Origin: Thermodesulfobacteriota bacterium
Lineage (GTDB): Bacteria > Desulfobacterota > Desulfarculia > JACQYL01
Direction: 5' to 3'
DNA: 64,000 bases
Assembly: GCA_963675595.2 (NCBI GenBank)
Contig: CAXXLZ010000002.1
Span: forward strand, 4,000,001-4,064,000
The notes beneath the pieces were generated by a model. It did not search any database. It was not told the origin of the DNA and was given only the letters and a program-made list of their open reading frames with translations. This document shows, piece after piece, positions 49,238 to 58,296 of the stretch; position 1 is the first letter of the stretch; every line of letters begins with the position of its first letter. A program made the position numbers and the translations under genes.

Positions 49238-49932
49238 CCTTCCTTGGCAATACCGTCCTCAATCACGACCCTGCGGTTCATTCGATCCGCGATGGCCGCG
49301 TTGTGGGTAACGATGACGGTGGATAAATGGTAGCCGGCATTCATTCGAATCAGGATGTCGATGATTTGCTCGCCCGTGTGGGTGTCCAGGTTCCCTGTCG
49401 GTTCATCGGCGAGCAGAATCTCCGGGTTCATAATCAATGCACGAGCTACGGCCACTCTTTGCTGTTCCCCACCCGACAATTCTCCAGGCTTGTGGGATAT
49501 CCGGTGGGCAAGACCCATCTCTCCGAGAATGCCGTAGGCCCGGGATCGGGCCGCTCCTTTGGAAACTCCTCCAATGAGAGCCGGCATCATGGTGTTCTCG
49601 ATAGCGGTGAATTCCGGCAGCAAGTGATGAAACTGAAATACGAAGCCGATTCGTCGGTTCCGAAAGCGGGCCAATTCTATGTTGTCTATGGTGGAGACGT
49701 CAAGGTTTCCAAAGGCCACCCCACCGCTTGTGGGCCGGTCCAGCGTACCCATGATCTGCAGGAGAGTGGATTTGCCCGCGCCCGAGGCTCCCAAGACGGC
49801 CACCATCTCCCCCGGACGTATTTCCAGATTCACGCCTTTGAGTACCTGAACCTCGTTGGGCTGATTGGGATTGTAGACCTTTACCACGTCGGTCAATTGG
49901 ATTCCAACGGGCGTCCCGGCTCCGTCAATCAT
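49234..49932 (-). CDS. lolD: Lipoprotein-releasing ABC ATPase
   Basis: [37 protein letters not shown]. Confidence 0.92.
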   Translation of the reverse strand: MIDGAGTPVGIQLTDVVKVYNPNQPNEVQVLKGVNLEIRPGEMVAVLGASGAGKSTLLQIMGTLDRPTSGGVAFGNLDVSTIDNIELARFRNRRIGFVFQFHHLLPEFTAIENTMMPALIGGVSKGAARSRAYGILGEMGLAHRISHKPGELSGGEQQRVAVARALIMNPEILLADEPTGNLDTHTGEQIIDILIRMNAGYHLSTVIVTHNAAIADRMNRRVVIEDGIAKEG

Positions 49933-51142
49933 ATCGCAACCCTTCGGCGGGGTTCAACCTGGACGCCTGCCAGGATGGATAAAGCGTGGCGAGAAAGCTG
50001 ATCAGGATCGCGCAGGCACAGACGGCCAGAATCTCCAAAGGGTCCACGAGGACGGGGAGCTTGGTGATGTAGTAGACGTCGCCCGGCAGCTTGATGAATT
50101 CGTATTCCTTCAAGAGCATGCACAAAAACAGTCCGCCGAGCGTTCCGATGAACGTGCCCACGACTCCGATGACGAGGCCCTGGAATACGAAAATCCTACG
50201 AATGCTGCGAGCGGTGGCCCCCATGGACTTGAGGATGGCTATGTCCCTGTTCTTTTCCATGACCATCATAATCAGGGTGCTGACGATGTTGAAGGCCGCC
50301 ACCAAAACGATCAACGTCAATATGATGAACATGGTGATCTTTTCGAGTTTGAGGGCGGAAAACAGATTGCGATTCATCCGCTTCCAGTCCTTGGCCCAAA
50401 AAGGGTATCCTAGTTCCCTGCTGATGGCTGAAGCCACGAGATGTGACCGATAGATGTCATCGACTCGGACTTCGATACCGGTCACCATGTCTCCCAGATC
50501 AAGGAACTCCTGGGCTTGCTTCAGGGAGATCAAAACGAACGTGGAGTCGTATTCGTACATGCCGGATTCCAGCAGACCCGCGATTACGTAAGACTCCTGG
50601 ACAGGCTGCCTGCCCATGGGCGTCTTCCTGCCCATGGGAGATACCATATGAATCGAGTCTCCGGGAGAGACCCCGAGGTTGAGCGCCAGTTCCTTGCCCA
50701 AAATGATGCGGTTCTGGGGCGAATCCAAATCTTCCAGGCGCCCCATCGTGACGGCGGAACGGAGTTGAGGGAATTTGGCCCCGGCATACGGGTCCACACC
50801 GCGTAGAACGGCTCCGGAGACATAGTCTTCGTTCCTGACCATGACCTGGGAATAAATAAAGGGAGTTGCGGCCACGACACCGGGCACTTTCTCGGTTTGT
50901 GCTACGACCCGGGAATAGTCGGAGATGTTCGATCCGCTCTTGAGTACCATGACGTGGGCGTTCATGCCCAATATCTTGGATCGCCATTCGTGCTCGAAGC
51001 CGCTCATTACGCTCAACACCACGATCAGGGCGGTAACGCCCAAAGCGACTCCGCCGATGGAGATCGTGGTGATAATGGAAATGAAGGTCTGCTTTCGTTT
51101 GGCCTTCAGATACCGCAATCCGACGAATCGTTCGAAAAACAT
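49925..51142 (-). CDS. lolE: Lipoprotein-releasing ABC permease (LolC/E family)
   Basis: RYLKAKRK, LSVMSGF, VAAFNIVSTL, ATLYPSWQA..PAEGLRY. Confidence 0.88.
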   Translation of the reverse strand: MFFERFVGLRYLKAKRKQTFISIITTISIGGVALGVTALIVVLSVMSGFEHEWRSKILGMNAHVMVLKSGSNISDYSRVVAQTEKVPGVVAATPFIYSQVMVRNEDYVSGAVLRGVDPYAGAKFPQLRSAVTMGRLEDLDSPQNRIILGKELALNLGVSPGDSIHMVSPMGRKTPMGRQPVQESYVIAGLLESGMYEYDSTFVLISLKQAQEFLDLGDMVTGIEVRVDDIYRSHLVASAISRELGYPFWAKDWKRMNRNLFSALKLEKITMFIILTLIVLVAAFNIVSTLIMMVMEKNRDIAILKSMGATARSIRRIFVFQGLVIGVVGTFIGTLGGLFLCMLLKEYEFIKLPGDVYYITKLPVLVDPLEILAVCACAILISFLATLYPSWQASRLNPAEGLRYD

Positions 51143-51156
51143 TTGGAAACCGGGTA

Positions 51157-52647
51157 TCAGTCGGATGCGGAAGGGCGCATGTGAGGGAAAAGAATTACGT
51201 CCCGGATGGACGGTGAATCCGTAAACAGCATGATCACTCGGTCGATTCCGATCCCCTCCCCGCCGGTGGGGGGCATTGCGTACTCCAGAGCCTGCAGGTA
51301 ATCTTCATCCAGTCGATGAGCTTCCTCATCACCCGCTTCCCTCTCCTTCAACTGAGCTTCGAACCGCTCTCTTTGGTCCATAGGATCATTGAGCTCGGAG
51401 AACGCGTTGGCGATTTCCCTGCCTCCGATGAAAAGCTCGAAGCGATCGACGAAATCGGGATCGTCATCGTTTTTGCGCGAAAGGGGAGACACTTCGAGGG
51501 GATAATTGGTGATAAAAGTGGGTTGAATGAGTTTGGGTTCCACAACGGCGTCGAATATCTTGGTCCACGCTTTTCCCGTGGTGTCCCTGGAATGCAGCGG
51601 AACGTCCAGGTCGGCGGCCAAATGAGTCAAACGGTCGGGGTCCCTCAAGTCGGACTCATCGAGCCCTCCCACTTCCACCAGAGACTGCATCAACGTCATC
51701 CGTTTCCAGGGCGCCCCGAAATCGATTTCCTGCTCCTGGTAGCTGATTTTCAGACCGCCCGTCACGTCGGTTGCCACCCTTCGAAACAGGTCCTGGGTGA
51801 TCTCAATCATGTCCTCATAGGTTGCGTACGCCTGATAGAACTCGAGCATGGTGAATTCGGGATTGTGACGCAGCGATATCCCTTCATTCCGGAAGTTCCG
51901 GTTCAACTCAAACACCCGGTTGAATCCACCCACGATGAGGCGTTTCAGGTAAAGTTCCGGGGCGACGCGGAGGTAAAGCGGGATCCCCAGCGCGTTGTGA
52001 AAGGTTTTGAAGGGTTTGGCCGTGGCGCCCCCGGGGATGACCTGCATCATAGGGGTTTCCACCTCTAAGAACCCGCATTCGGTGAGGAAGCTTCGAACCG
52101 ACTGGATAATCCGAGAGCGCTTCAGGAAGGTATCCCGGGTTTCGCTGTTCCCGATGAGGTCCAGATACCGTTGTCGATAGCGGGCTTCCTTGTCCGTCAA
52201 CCAGTGGTACTTTTCCGGCAAGGGGCGGAGGGCCTTGGAAAGCAATACCAAGGTTTCGGCCAGAACGGTGAGCTCTCCGGTTTTGGTTCGGAAGAGCATT
52301 CCTTCCACGCGTATGATGTCTCCCGTGTCAAGCTTCTTGAACAATGCGAAGGCTTCTTTGCCGACCGCATCCCGCTTCACGTAAACCTGAATTCGTTCCC
52401 CATCGTCCTGGATGTGAACAAAAGCGGCCTTGCCGAAATTACGCACCGCCATCATTCGGCCGGCAAGGCATACGCGCTCGGGCCGGCTCTCCAGCTCCTC
52501 GGCATCGACTTCGGCGCACTTCGCCACGACTGCGGGGATTGAATCGGTCACCCGGTATTGGTTGGGGTATAATGCGACTCCCGCCTCCCGGAGTTCGAGG
52601 GCTTTCTTGACTTGATTCGCTAAGACGGTGCTTGGGGTTTCAGCCAA
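51157..52647 (-). CDS. lysS: Lysine--tRNA ligase (class II)
   Basis: RYRQRYLDL, LRVAPELYLKRL, FRNEG, HNPEFT, ANAFSELNDP, GIGIDR. Confidence 0.97.
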   Translation of the reverse strand: MAETPSTVLANQVKKALELREAGVALYPNQYRVTDSIPAVVAKCAEVDAEELESRPERVCLAGRMMAVRNFGKAAFVHIQDDGERIQVYVKRDAVGKEAFALFKKLDTGDIIRVEGMLFRTKTGELTVLAETLVLLSKALRPLPEKYHWLTDKEARYRQRYLDLIGNSETRDTFLKRSRIIQSVRSFLTECGFLEVETPMMQVIPGGATAKPFKTFHNALGIPLYLRVAPELYLKRLIVGGFNRVFELNRNFRNEGISLRHNPEFTMLEFYQAYATYEDMIEITQDLFRRVATDVTGGLKISYQEQEIDFGAPWKRMTLMQSLVEVGGLDESDLRDPDRLTHLAADLDVPLHSRDTTGKAWTKIFDAVVEPKLIQPTFITNYPLEVSPLSRKNDDDPDFVDRFELFIGGREIANAFSELNDPMDQRERFEAQLKEREAGDEEAHRLDEDYLQALEYAMPPTGGEGIGIDRVIMLFTDSPSIRDVILFPHMRPSASD

Positions 52648-52680
52648 ACCTGCGTCTCCCGGCTGTTCGATGGTTCGTTG

Positions 52681-52726
52681 AAAAAAAATAGGGGCGGACG
52701 ATGCGCGGGCACGGGCTTCGCCGCCC
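52681..52726 (-). terminator. Terminator-like hairpin plus T8 between the MFS gene and lysS
   Basis: GGGCGGCGA...TCGTCCGCCC, then CTA and TTTTTTTT on the minus strand. Confidence 0.6.
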
Positions 52727-52895
52727 AGAAGTCTTTATTTTGATACTTTCGCCTGGAAAAAAGACAAAAGGAACGGTTGCTAAGTAAAACATCAAATGTG
52801 GGGAGTCAAGCAGGAAACCGGGGCGAAAGGAGATCGGACGGCCGCACTCCTTGCGGGCTCATGTTCCTCGAACTTCGGGAAAGCGCAATCCGGTT

Positions 52896-54161
52896 TCAAG
52901 CAAGCGCAACGGAAGGGGACTCCCTCAGTTTCACCAGGACGACCAGCGAGATCAGTGCGGCGGCAATCAGGTAGTATGCTATGGAAAGATCGTCATGACT
53001 CTTGTTGATCACGTAGGCCGCGACCATGGGGGTGGTGCCTCCGAACACCGCGAGGCAGATGTTGTAACCGACGGACAGTGCGCTGCACCTGACATGGCAC
53101 GGCAACGCCTCCACCATGGTCACCGGGCCCACACCCATGAAAGAGCCGATGAGCAGCGCGAATCCAAATTGACCCGTAAGAATCCATGCGAAATTCGGAT
53201 GGTGCATGAGCAGGAACAACGGATAGCCAAAGAGGATGATACCAATACAGGAGGCGATGAGTACGGGTTTTCTCCCGATTCTGTCGGAAAGAATTCCCGC
53301 TAAGGGAATGACCAACAATAGTGCGATCATGCTGAGCGTATTGATATCCAATGCCTCGGAGGAAGGCACCTTGACGATATCCACAAGGTACGTCGCGACG
53401 TAGACGAAAATCATGTAGAATCCGACCGCGTTGACTACGTTGAAGCCCATTACCTTGAACATGGCGGGTCGTTCATTGCGAAAAGCTTCCACAATGGGTG
53501 AAGCTTTTCTCTGTTCCGTTTCGGGCTCCCGGGCGGCCTCCGGAATGTGTTTTCTAATGAGAAGCCCCACCACGCCCACCGCGATTCCGACCAGGAAGGG
53601 AATTCGCCATCCCCATTGGTGAATCGCCTCCTGAGTGAGCATGGTATTCAACAAGGCGCTTACGGCGGACCCGAGCAGGATGCCTGTAACGGCCCCGAAA
53701 ACGCTCCAACTCCCCATGAATCCTCTCTTTTTCGGGTGGGCATGTTCCACGAGGAAAACGATGGAGGTGGTGTACTCGCCGCCGACCGAGAGTCCCTGGG
53801 CCATGCGCAGCAACACCATCATGATGGAGGCCGTGACCCCGATCTGCAGGGCGGTCGGCAGGACCCCAACCAGGAAGGTGGGAATCGCCATCATAAGCAC
53901 CGAAAGCGTGAGAGCCGACTTTCGACCGATCTTGTCGCCGATGTAACCAAACACGAGTCCGCCGATGGGCCTCATCAGAAAACCGGCGGCAAAAGCCCCG
54001 TAGGCTGCGACCAATGAAGCCACGGGGTCTTCCGAAGGATAAAACAGCTTTCCGATGATGGGTGCGAAATAGCCGTAGACGGCGAAATCGTACCATTCCA
54101 TGACGTTTCCGGCGATCCCCCCGATGATGATCTTGGTGTGAGAGGCTTGAGCGGCGCTCAT
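52896..54161 (-). CDS. MFS transporter, MHS/ProP-like family
   Basis: GNVMEWYDF, MRPIGG..FG.IGDKIGRK, QGLSVGGEY, WGWRIPF, FGGTTP. Confidence 0.9.
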   Translation of the reverse strand: MSAAQASHTKIIIGGIAGNVMEWYDFAVYGYFAPIIGKLFYPSEDPVASLVAAYGAFAAGFLMRPIGGLVFGYIGDKIGRKSALTLSVLMMAIPTFLVGVLPTALQIGVTASIMMVLLRMAQGLSVGGEYTTSIVFLVEHAHPKKRGFMGSWSVFGAVTGILLGSAVSALLNTMLTQEAIHQWGWRIPFLVGIAVGVVGLLIRKHIPEAAREPETEQRKASPIVEAFRNERPAMFKVMGFNVVNAVGFYMIFVYVATYLVDIVKVPSSEALDINTLSMIALLLVIPLAGILSDRIGRKPVLIASCIGIILFGYPLFLLMHHPNFAWILTGQFGFALLIGSFMGVGPVTMVEALPCHVRCSALSVGYNICLAVFGGTTPMVAAYVINKSHDDLSIAYYLIAAALISLVVLVKLRESPSVALA

Positions 54162-54257
54162 GAACGTGTCTCCTCGGGAATATTGTTTCTCGCGTGGGAC
54201 CTTCATCGATCGGGCGCCGCCGAACGGATCGGAGGTTCGATACGGCGCAGCGGGCCC

Positions 54258-54857
54258 TTATGACCCCGCCTGCCCCGGCGGGGTGGACTCGAGCATCCGT
54301 CGGGAGGTTGGGAAGTCCAGACTCGATATCACCTTGACTATCGCGTCGTCGCTCACCCGAAGTTCCCGGAATTCCAAAAGTCCGGCTTCTTTAACGGCCT
54401 GTTTCCAGAACTCGTCCCTGGCGGGGTCGGACGAGTCGTAGGAATACTCGTACAGCACCCGCTTGATTCCCGCGCCGGCAATGAGCTTCAGGCAGACGTA
54501 GCAGGGCGCCAGGGTGGTGTACAGCGTAGCGTTTTCCAGAGAGATGCCGAAGCGGGCCGCTTGGGCGACGGTGTTGGCTTCGGCATGGGATGACCGGCAA
54601 AAGTTGTACTTGTCGTATTCATCGATGTTGAGATGACGCCGGTAGCAGAAGGGCCGGCCGTTTACGTCGGGCTCGTCAATGCAGTGAGGCGCTCCGGGCA
54701 TGGACCCGTTGTATCCCGTGGCCAGTATATACTTGTCCCTCACCGCCACCGCACCCGTGGGCCTGGAGTTGCACGTCGAGCGGGTGCTCACTATCTTGGC
54801 GATCACCATGAAATATTCGTCCCACGAAGGTCGCACGGAATTGACCTTTCCCTCCAA
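54258..54857 (-). CDS. dCMP deaminase (ComEB-like)
   Basis: RPSWDEYFM, RSTC, TGYNG, HAEAN, PCYVC, AGIKRV. Alternative GTG start at 54836. Confidence 0.92.
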   Translation of the reverse strand: MEGKVNSVRPSWDEYFMVIAKIVSTRSTCNSRPTGAVAVRDKYILATGYNGSMPGAPHCIDEPDVNGRPFCYRRHLNIDEYDKYNFCRSSHAEANTVAQAARFGISLENATLYTTLAPCYVCLKLIAGAGIKRVLYEYSYDSSDPARDEFWKQAVKEAGLLEFRELRVSDDAIVKVISSLDFPTSRRMLESTPPGQAGS

Positions 54858-54884
54858 GGCTTGGGAACGCCCGCGAATCCGCGA

Positions 54885-55661
54885 CTACTCCCGTCCTTTT
54901 TCCTCGATGTAGGTTCTGAGCCGGGCGAGGTCGAAGTAGGACTCGGCCAAGCCCAATTTGAGGCAGGTGATGAACATCTCCCCGTCTTCAACTCCGATCT
55001 GTTCCGCCATGTACTCTTTAACCAGTTGGAGGCAGCCCAGATTGGCCGGGAGTCCGTTCCACAAATTCCAACTCCTGAAATGGATGCTGAAGTGAAGCTT
55101 GCCGTATTTAACGGCCGTGTCCACACCTCTGAGGCACTGGGTGGTGCCGGGCTGGTCCAGGTTGAACCGGTTGTCGATTTCTCTTTTTCGGATTAGGGTA
55201 CCGTCGGAGCGTCGCCGCACATCGACGGTTTCGGAGAGATCGGTTTCGGTATCATAGAAGTACAGACTCTCGGGACGTCCCACGGTCATGTAACAGTGTT
55301 TGGTCCCCGGTCCGTGCTTGCGGTAATAGTCGATCACCCATTCGATTTGCCAACTCAAATCCTGGCCATAGGTGTAATGCTCACCGGGTTGAGCCTGGTC
55401 GGTCATGTAATAGGGAAGATATTTTTCGATATATCCCGCCTCGACGGGATTGGGGATGCCCAGGGAGGGCGGAATTTCCGGTTCGAGGGGGCGAGTGCCC
55501 GGGTAGACGATGTGAGCGGATGCGAAATCGAGTTCCCAACGCCGAGTGGGAGTGCTTCCCTTGGTCACCATGTATTCCCGACCTTCGAGTACGGTGGCGC
55601 GTACCAGTTGAAACCAGAGGTCGGGGATGTCGCGGGCTCGAAGAAAGAGAGGCTTAAGCAT
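54885..55661 (-). CDS. Thymidylate synthase-family protein (divergent, archaeal/deltaproteobacterial type)
   Basis: YTYGQ, QCLR catalytic Cys, FRSWNLWNGLPANL, KEYMAEQIGV..G. Confidence 0.8.
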   Translation of the reverse strand: MLKPLFLRARDIPDLWFQLVRATVLEGREYMVTKGSTPTRRWELDFASAHIVYPGTRPLEPEIPPSLGIPNPVEAGYIEKYLPYYMTDQAQPGEHYTYGQDLSWQIEWVIDYYRKHGPGTKHCYMTVGRPESLYFYDTETDLSETVDVRRRSDGTLIRKREIDNRFNLDQPGTTQCLRGVDTAVKYGKLHFSIHFRSWNLWNGLPANLGCLQLVKEYMAEQIGVEDGEMFITCLKLGLAESYFDLARLRTYIEEKGRE

Positions 55662-55840
55662 GGCGATGGTGTGCTCGAAATGCTAAGTTGTTAAATTGAT
55701 TAATATAAATTAGGGAGAAAAGATACACCGAGACTGAGCCTTTCGTCAACCTCGTGCTGAAGAAAATGTAGATCGGGGTGCAGGTTGACAGGGGTCCTTA
55801 AATTCGATATGCCGGTACAAACCAGAGCGGAGACCGTTCC

Positions 55841-56059
55841 ATGCCCAATCTTTCCAAAATCAGTGAAGCCTGTCCCAGTCGGAGCGATAATCTCAAAAAG
55901 TGCAACTGCACGTATACCGGCTGCCCCAGGCATGGATTGTGTTGCCAGTGCCTTCAATATCACCTCTCTAATCAGGAGCTGCCGGCCTGTGCTTTTCCGG
56001 ACGAAGTGGAGCGAACCTACGACCGTTCCTTCAAGAGATTTATCAAGACGTACGGTTGA
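55841..56059 (+). CDS. Small Cys-rich protein (DUF6485-like)
   Basis: CNCTYTGCPRHGLCCQCLQYH...LPACAFP..ERTYDRS; GGAG upstream of ATG. Confidence 0.78.
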   Translation: MPNLSKISEACPSRSDNLKKCNCTYTGCPRHGLCCQCLQYHLSNQELPACAFPDEVERTYDRSFKRFIKTYG

Positions 56060-56231
56060 GGTGAGCTGCTTCGGCGAACAAGAAACGCCGCTTCCGATCC
56101 CCGAGATTTGGACCCGGTCCTTTAAATCCTAATTCCTCGACTTATTATAGAATTGAGGGCGGCTGGTCGCGGCAGGCGTCGCGTGTCGAGAGTGAAAACA
56201 AGGCGGCGAATGCCGGGAGTGAACATCTGAT

Positions 56232-57026
56232 ATGGAATCCATGTTGGCTGCGGCTCGAAGGGCCGCCGAAAAAGGTGGAGAAAGAATCCGTCAAGGTTGG
56301 GGAAATGCCCACGAGATACGTTACAAGGGTGAGACGGACTTGGTTACGGAAACCGATTTGGATGCCCAGAATGCGATTACGGCTGAAATCCGCTCCGCGT
56401 TTCCGGATCACTCCATCTTGACCGAAGAGGAGGGCGGTTCGGTCCAAAAGGGGGCCGAGCTTTGGATCATCGATCCACTGGACGGAACCACGAATTTCGC
56501 ACATCGTTTTCCTTTTGTGTGTGTTTCCATTGCCTGTAGGCGAGAGGGCGAGACCAGGGTGGGTGTGATTTACAACCCGATTCTCAACCAAATGTTCTGG
56601 GCGGAAAGGGGACGGGGTGCTTTTTTCAATGGGAACCCCATGCGGGTGACACGCCGCGAGGACTTGCGCAAGTCTTTGGTGGCAACCGGTTTTCCCTACG
56701 AATACCGAGGGAACGTTCGAAAAGAAGTAATTACCCGTCTGGACCGGATGATCGCCTCCAGCCGGGGGGTAAGGCGGGCCGGCTCCGCCGCCATGGACTT
56801 GGCCTATGTGGCATGCGGCATTTTTGACGGGTTTTGGGAACAGGAACTCAAACCCTGGGACATCGCCGCCGGAGCGTTGCTTGTTGAGGAAGCCGGGGGG
56901 CGTGTCGGCGACTTCGGCGGAGCCGAACTTAATCTGGACAAAGGCGAAATCCTCGCATCCAATGCGTTGATTCACGAACAGATGATGGCCGAACTGGACA
57001 TCAAAGGAAACGGGCAAAAGCCATGA
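56232..57026 (+). CDS. suhB: Inositol monophosphatase family protein
   Basis: DLVTETD, EE, WIIDPLDGTTNF, RRAGSAAMDL, PWDIAAG. Confidence 0.92.
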   Translation: MESMLAAARRAAEKGGERIRQGWGNAHEIRYKGETDLVTETDLDAQNAITAEIRSAFPDHSILTEEEGGSVQKGAELWIIDPLDGTTNFAHRFPFVCVSIACRREGETRVGVIYNPILNQMFWAERGRGAFFNGNPMRVTRREDLRKSLVATGFPYEYRGNVRKEVITRLDRMIASSRGVRRAGSAAMDLAYVACGIFDGFWEQELKPWDIAAGALLVEEAGGRVGDFGGAELNLDKGEILASNALIHEQMMAELDIKGNGQKP

Positions 57027-57214
57027 GGCGATTTCTGAATGAAGAAGAACTGGAAGGACGTCTGAACTGCTTCGGCGACTTCGATCAGCAGGACACCATC
57101 TGCTTGTATCGCTGCGCGATCAATATCAACTGCGCTATTGCCAAGGGACGATATACCAGCATTCCGTTGCAGGAAGACGAATATTTCCCCGGTGGAAGGT
57201 TCATGTTCGAATAA
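57023..57214 (+). CDS. Small hypothetical protein with four Cys
   Basis: ATGA overlap with the suhB stop; CFGDFDQQDTICLYRCAININC. Confidence 0.6.
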   Translation: MRRFLNEEELEGRLNCFGDFDQQDTICLYRCAININCAIAKGRYTSIPLQEDEYFPGGRFMFE

Positions 57215-57266
57215 AGTCTCAGAGGAGATCGGCGACCCCGCGGGCGCGGCGGCCACAACCCTTGAA

Positions 57267-58199
57267 TCAGGGGCCTTCGTCGAACCGCCCAAGGGAGTCG
57301 GAGAATTCCTCTTCCTCCCACTCTCTCAGCTTTTCTTTGGCGCGCTTTTTCTTGTTCCGGTAGGCCAGCAGGAAAAGCAGGGCCATGACAAACCATAGGA
57401 CGCCGCTGCTCGTGAGCAGCGGGGCCATGGAAAACCGGACCTTTAAGAACCGCAGCCACTGCTCCTCCAGCTCTTTGTACTCCATTCCTCCGGACCTTCG
57501 GAGTGAGTCCTTGAAGCCGAATCCCCGTCGATAGTAATCGATAAAACGGTACAATCCTCCAGGCCCCAGGCGTTCTCGGAGAAAAGCCACGAGATAGTAG
57601 CTCTCGGCGTAGGCGAGGCGAGCCGTCTCCGGGTCTTCGGGAAATTCCCCCTCAATCCGGCTCAGCGGGATGACTCCATTGGTGAGTACCGCGCGGGTCA
57701 TCACCACCGGCCGCGACCAGTCCCACTCACGAGACAGGTACATAGCCAAACCCTCATTGAGCCAAGTGGGGATGGGATCGGTCCCGAAAGACTCTCCCAG
57801 CAGGATGTGGACATATTCGTGAACAAAGATGTCGAGGATGTCAGCTCCGGGCAGGAGTTTCGGTGACTTGAGCACGATGAGACGCTGTCCGGGATACGCG
57901 AGCCCGGCCGCCCACATGGGTGGAAGGCGGCGGGACGAACCATGGGCTGTGCGGAACCGATCCAGGTCCCGAGCAATGACCACACGGATTTTGCCTTTCG
58001 GGGTCAATTCCGTTTCTTCTTTGATGCGGCGGGCCACCCCTTCGATATTCTCTTCCAAATAAGAGGCCGTATTTCGGTCCTTCGAATCGAATTCGATGGA
58101 GAAGCTCGATGTTTCCACCACATCGGCACGAGCCGGATTACATGATGCCGCGAAAATCAAGACAAGCATGGAAAAGAAGAACGCGTGGATAGGGCGCAT
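57267..58199 (-). CDS. Peptidase MA-like zinc metallohydrolase, exported and C-terminally anchored
   Basis: Signal peptide, HEYVH plus PTWLNEGLA (gluzincin), LAYAES, C-terminal TM with basic tail. Confidence 0.82.
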   Translation of the reverse strand: MRPIHAFFFSMLVLIFAASCNPARADVVETSSFSIEFDSKDRNTASYLEENIEGVARRIKEETELTPKGKIRVVIARDLDRFRTAHGSSRRLPPMWAAGLAYPGQRLIVLKSPKLLPGADILDIFVHEYVHILLGESFGTDPIPTWLNEGLAMYLSREWDWSRPVVMTRAVLTNGVIPLSRIEGEFPEDPETARLAYAESYYLVAFLRERLGPGGLYRFIDYYRRGFGFKDSLRRSGGMEYKELEEQWLRFLKVRFSMAPLLTSSGVLWFVMALLFLLAYRNKKKRAKEKLREWEEEEFSDSLGRFDEGP

Positions 58200-58296
58200 C
58201 AATCATTTCGCTTTTTGCGGATGGAATGGGAACCGGCGCGGCGCGCTTCAGTGATACGGATTTTAGGTCCGATCACCGGTTCCTGAATATTATCGG

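Noticed and set aside
54885-55000. Possible frameshift explaining the missing His-x-Tyr in the TS homologue
   Set aside because: The flanking sequence (KEYMAEQIGVEDGEM...DLARLRT) stays family-like in one frame, so these look like point substitutions
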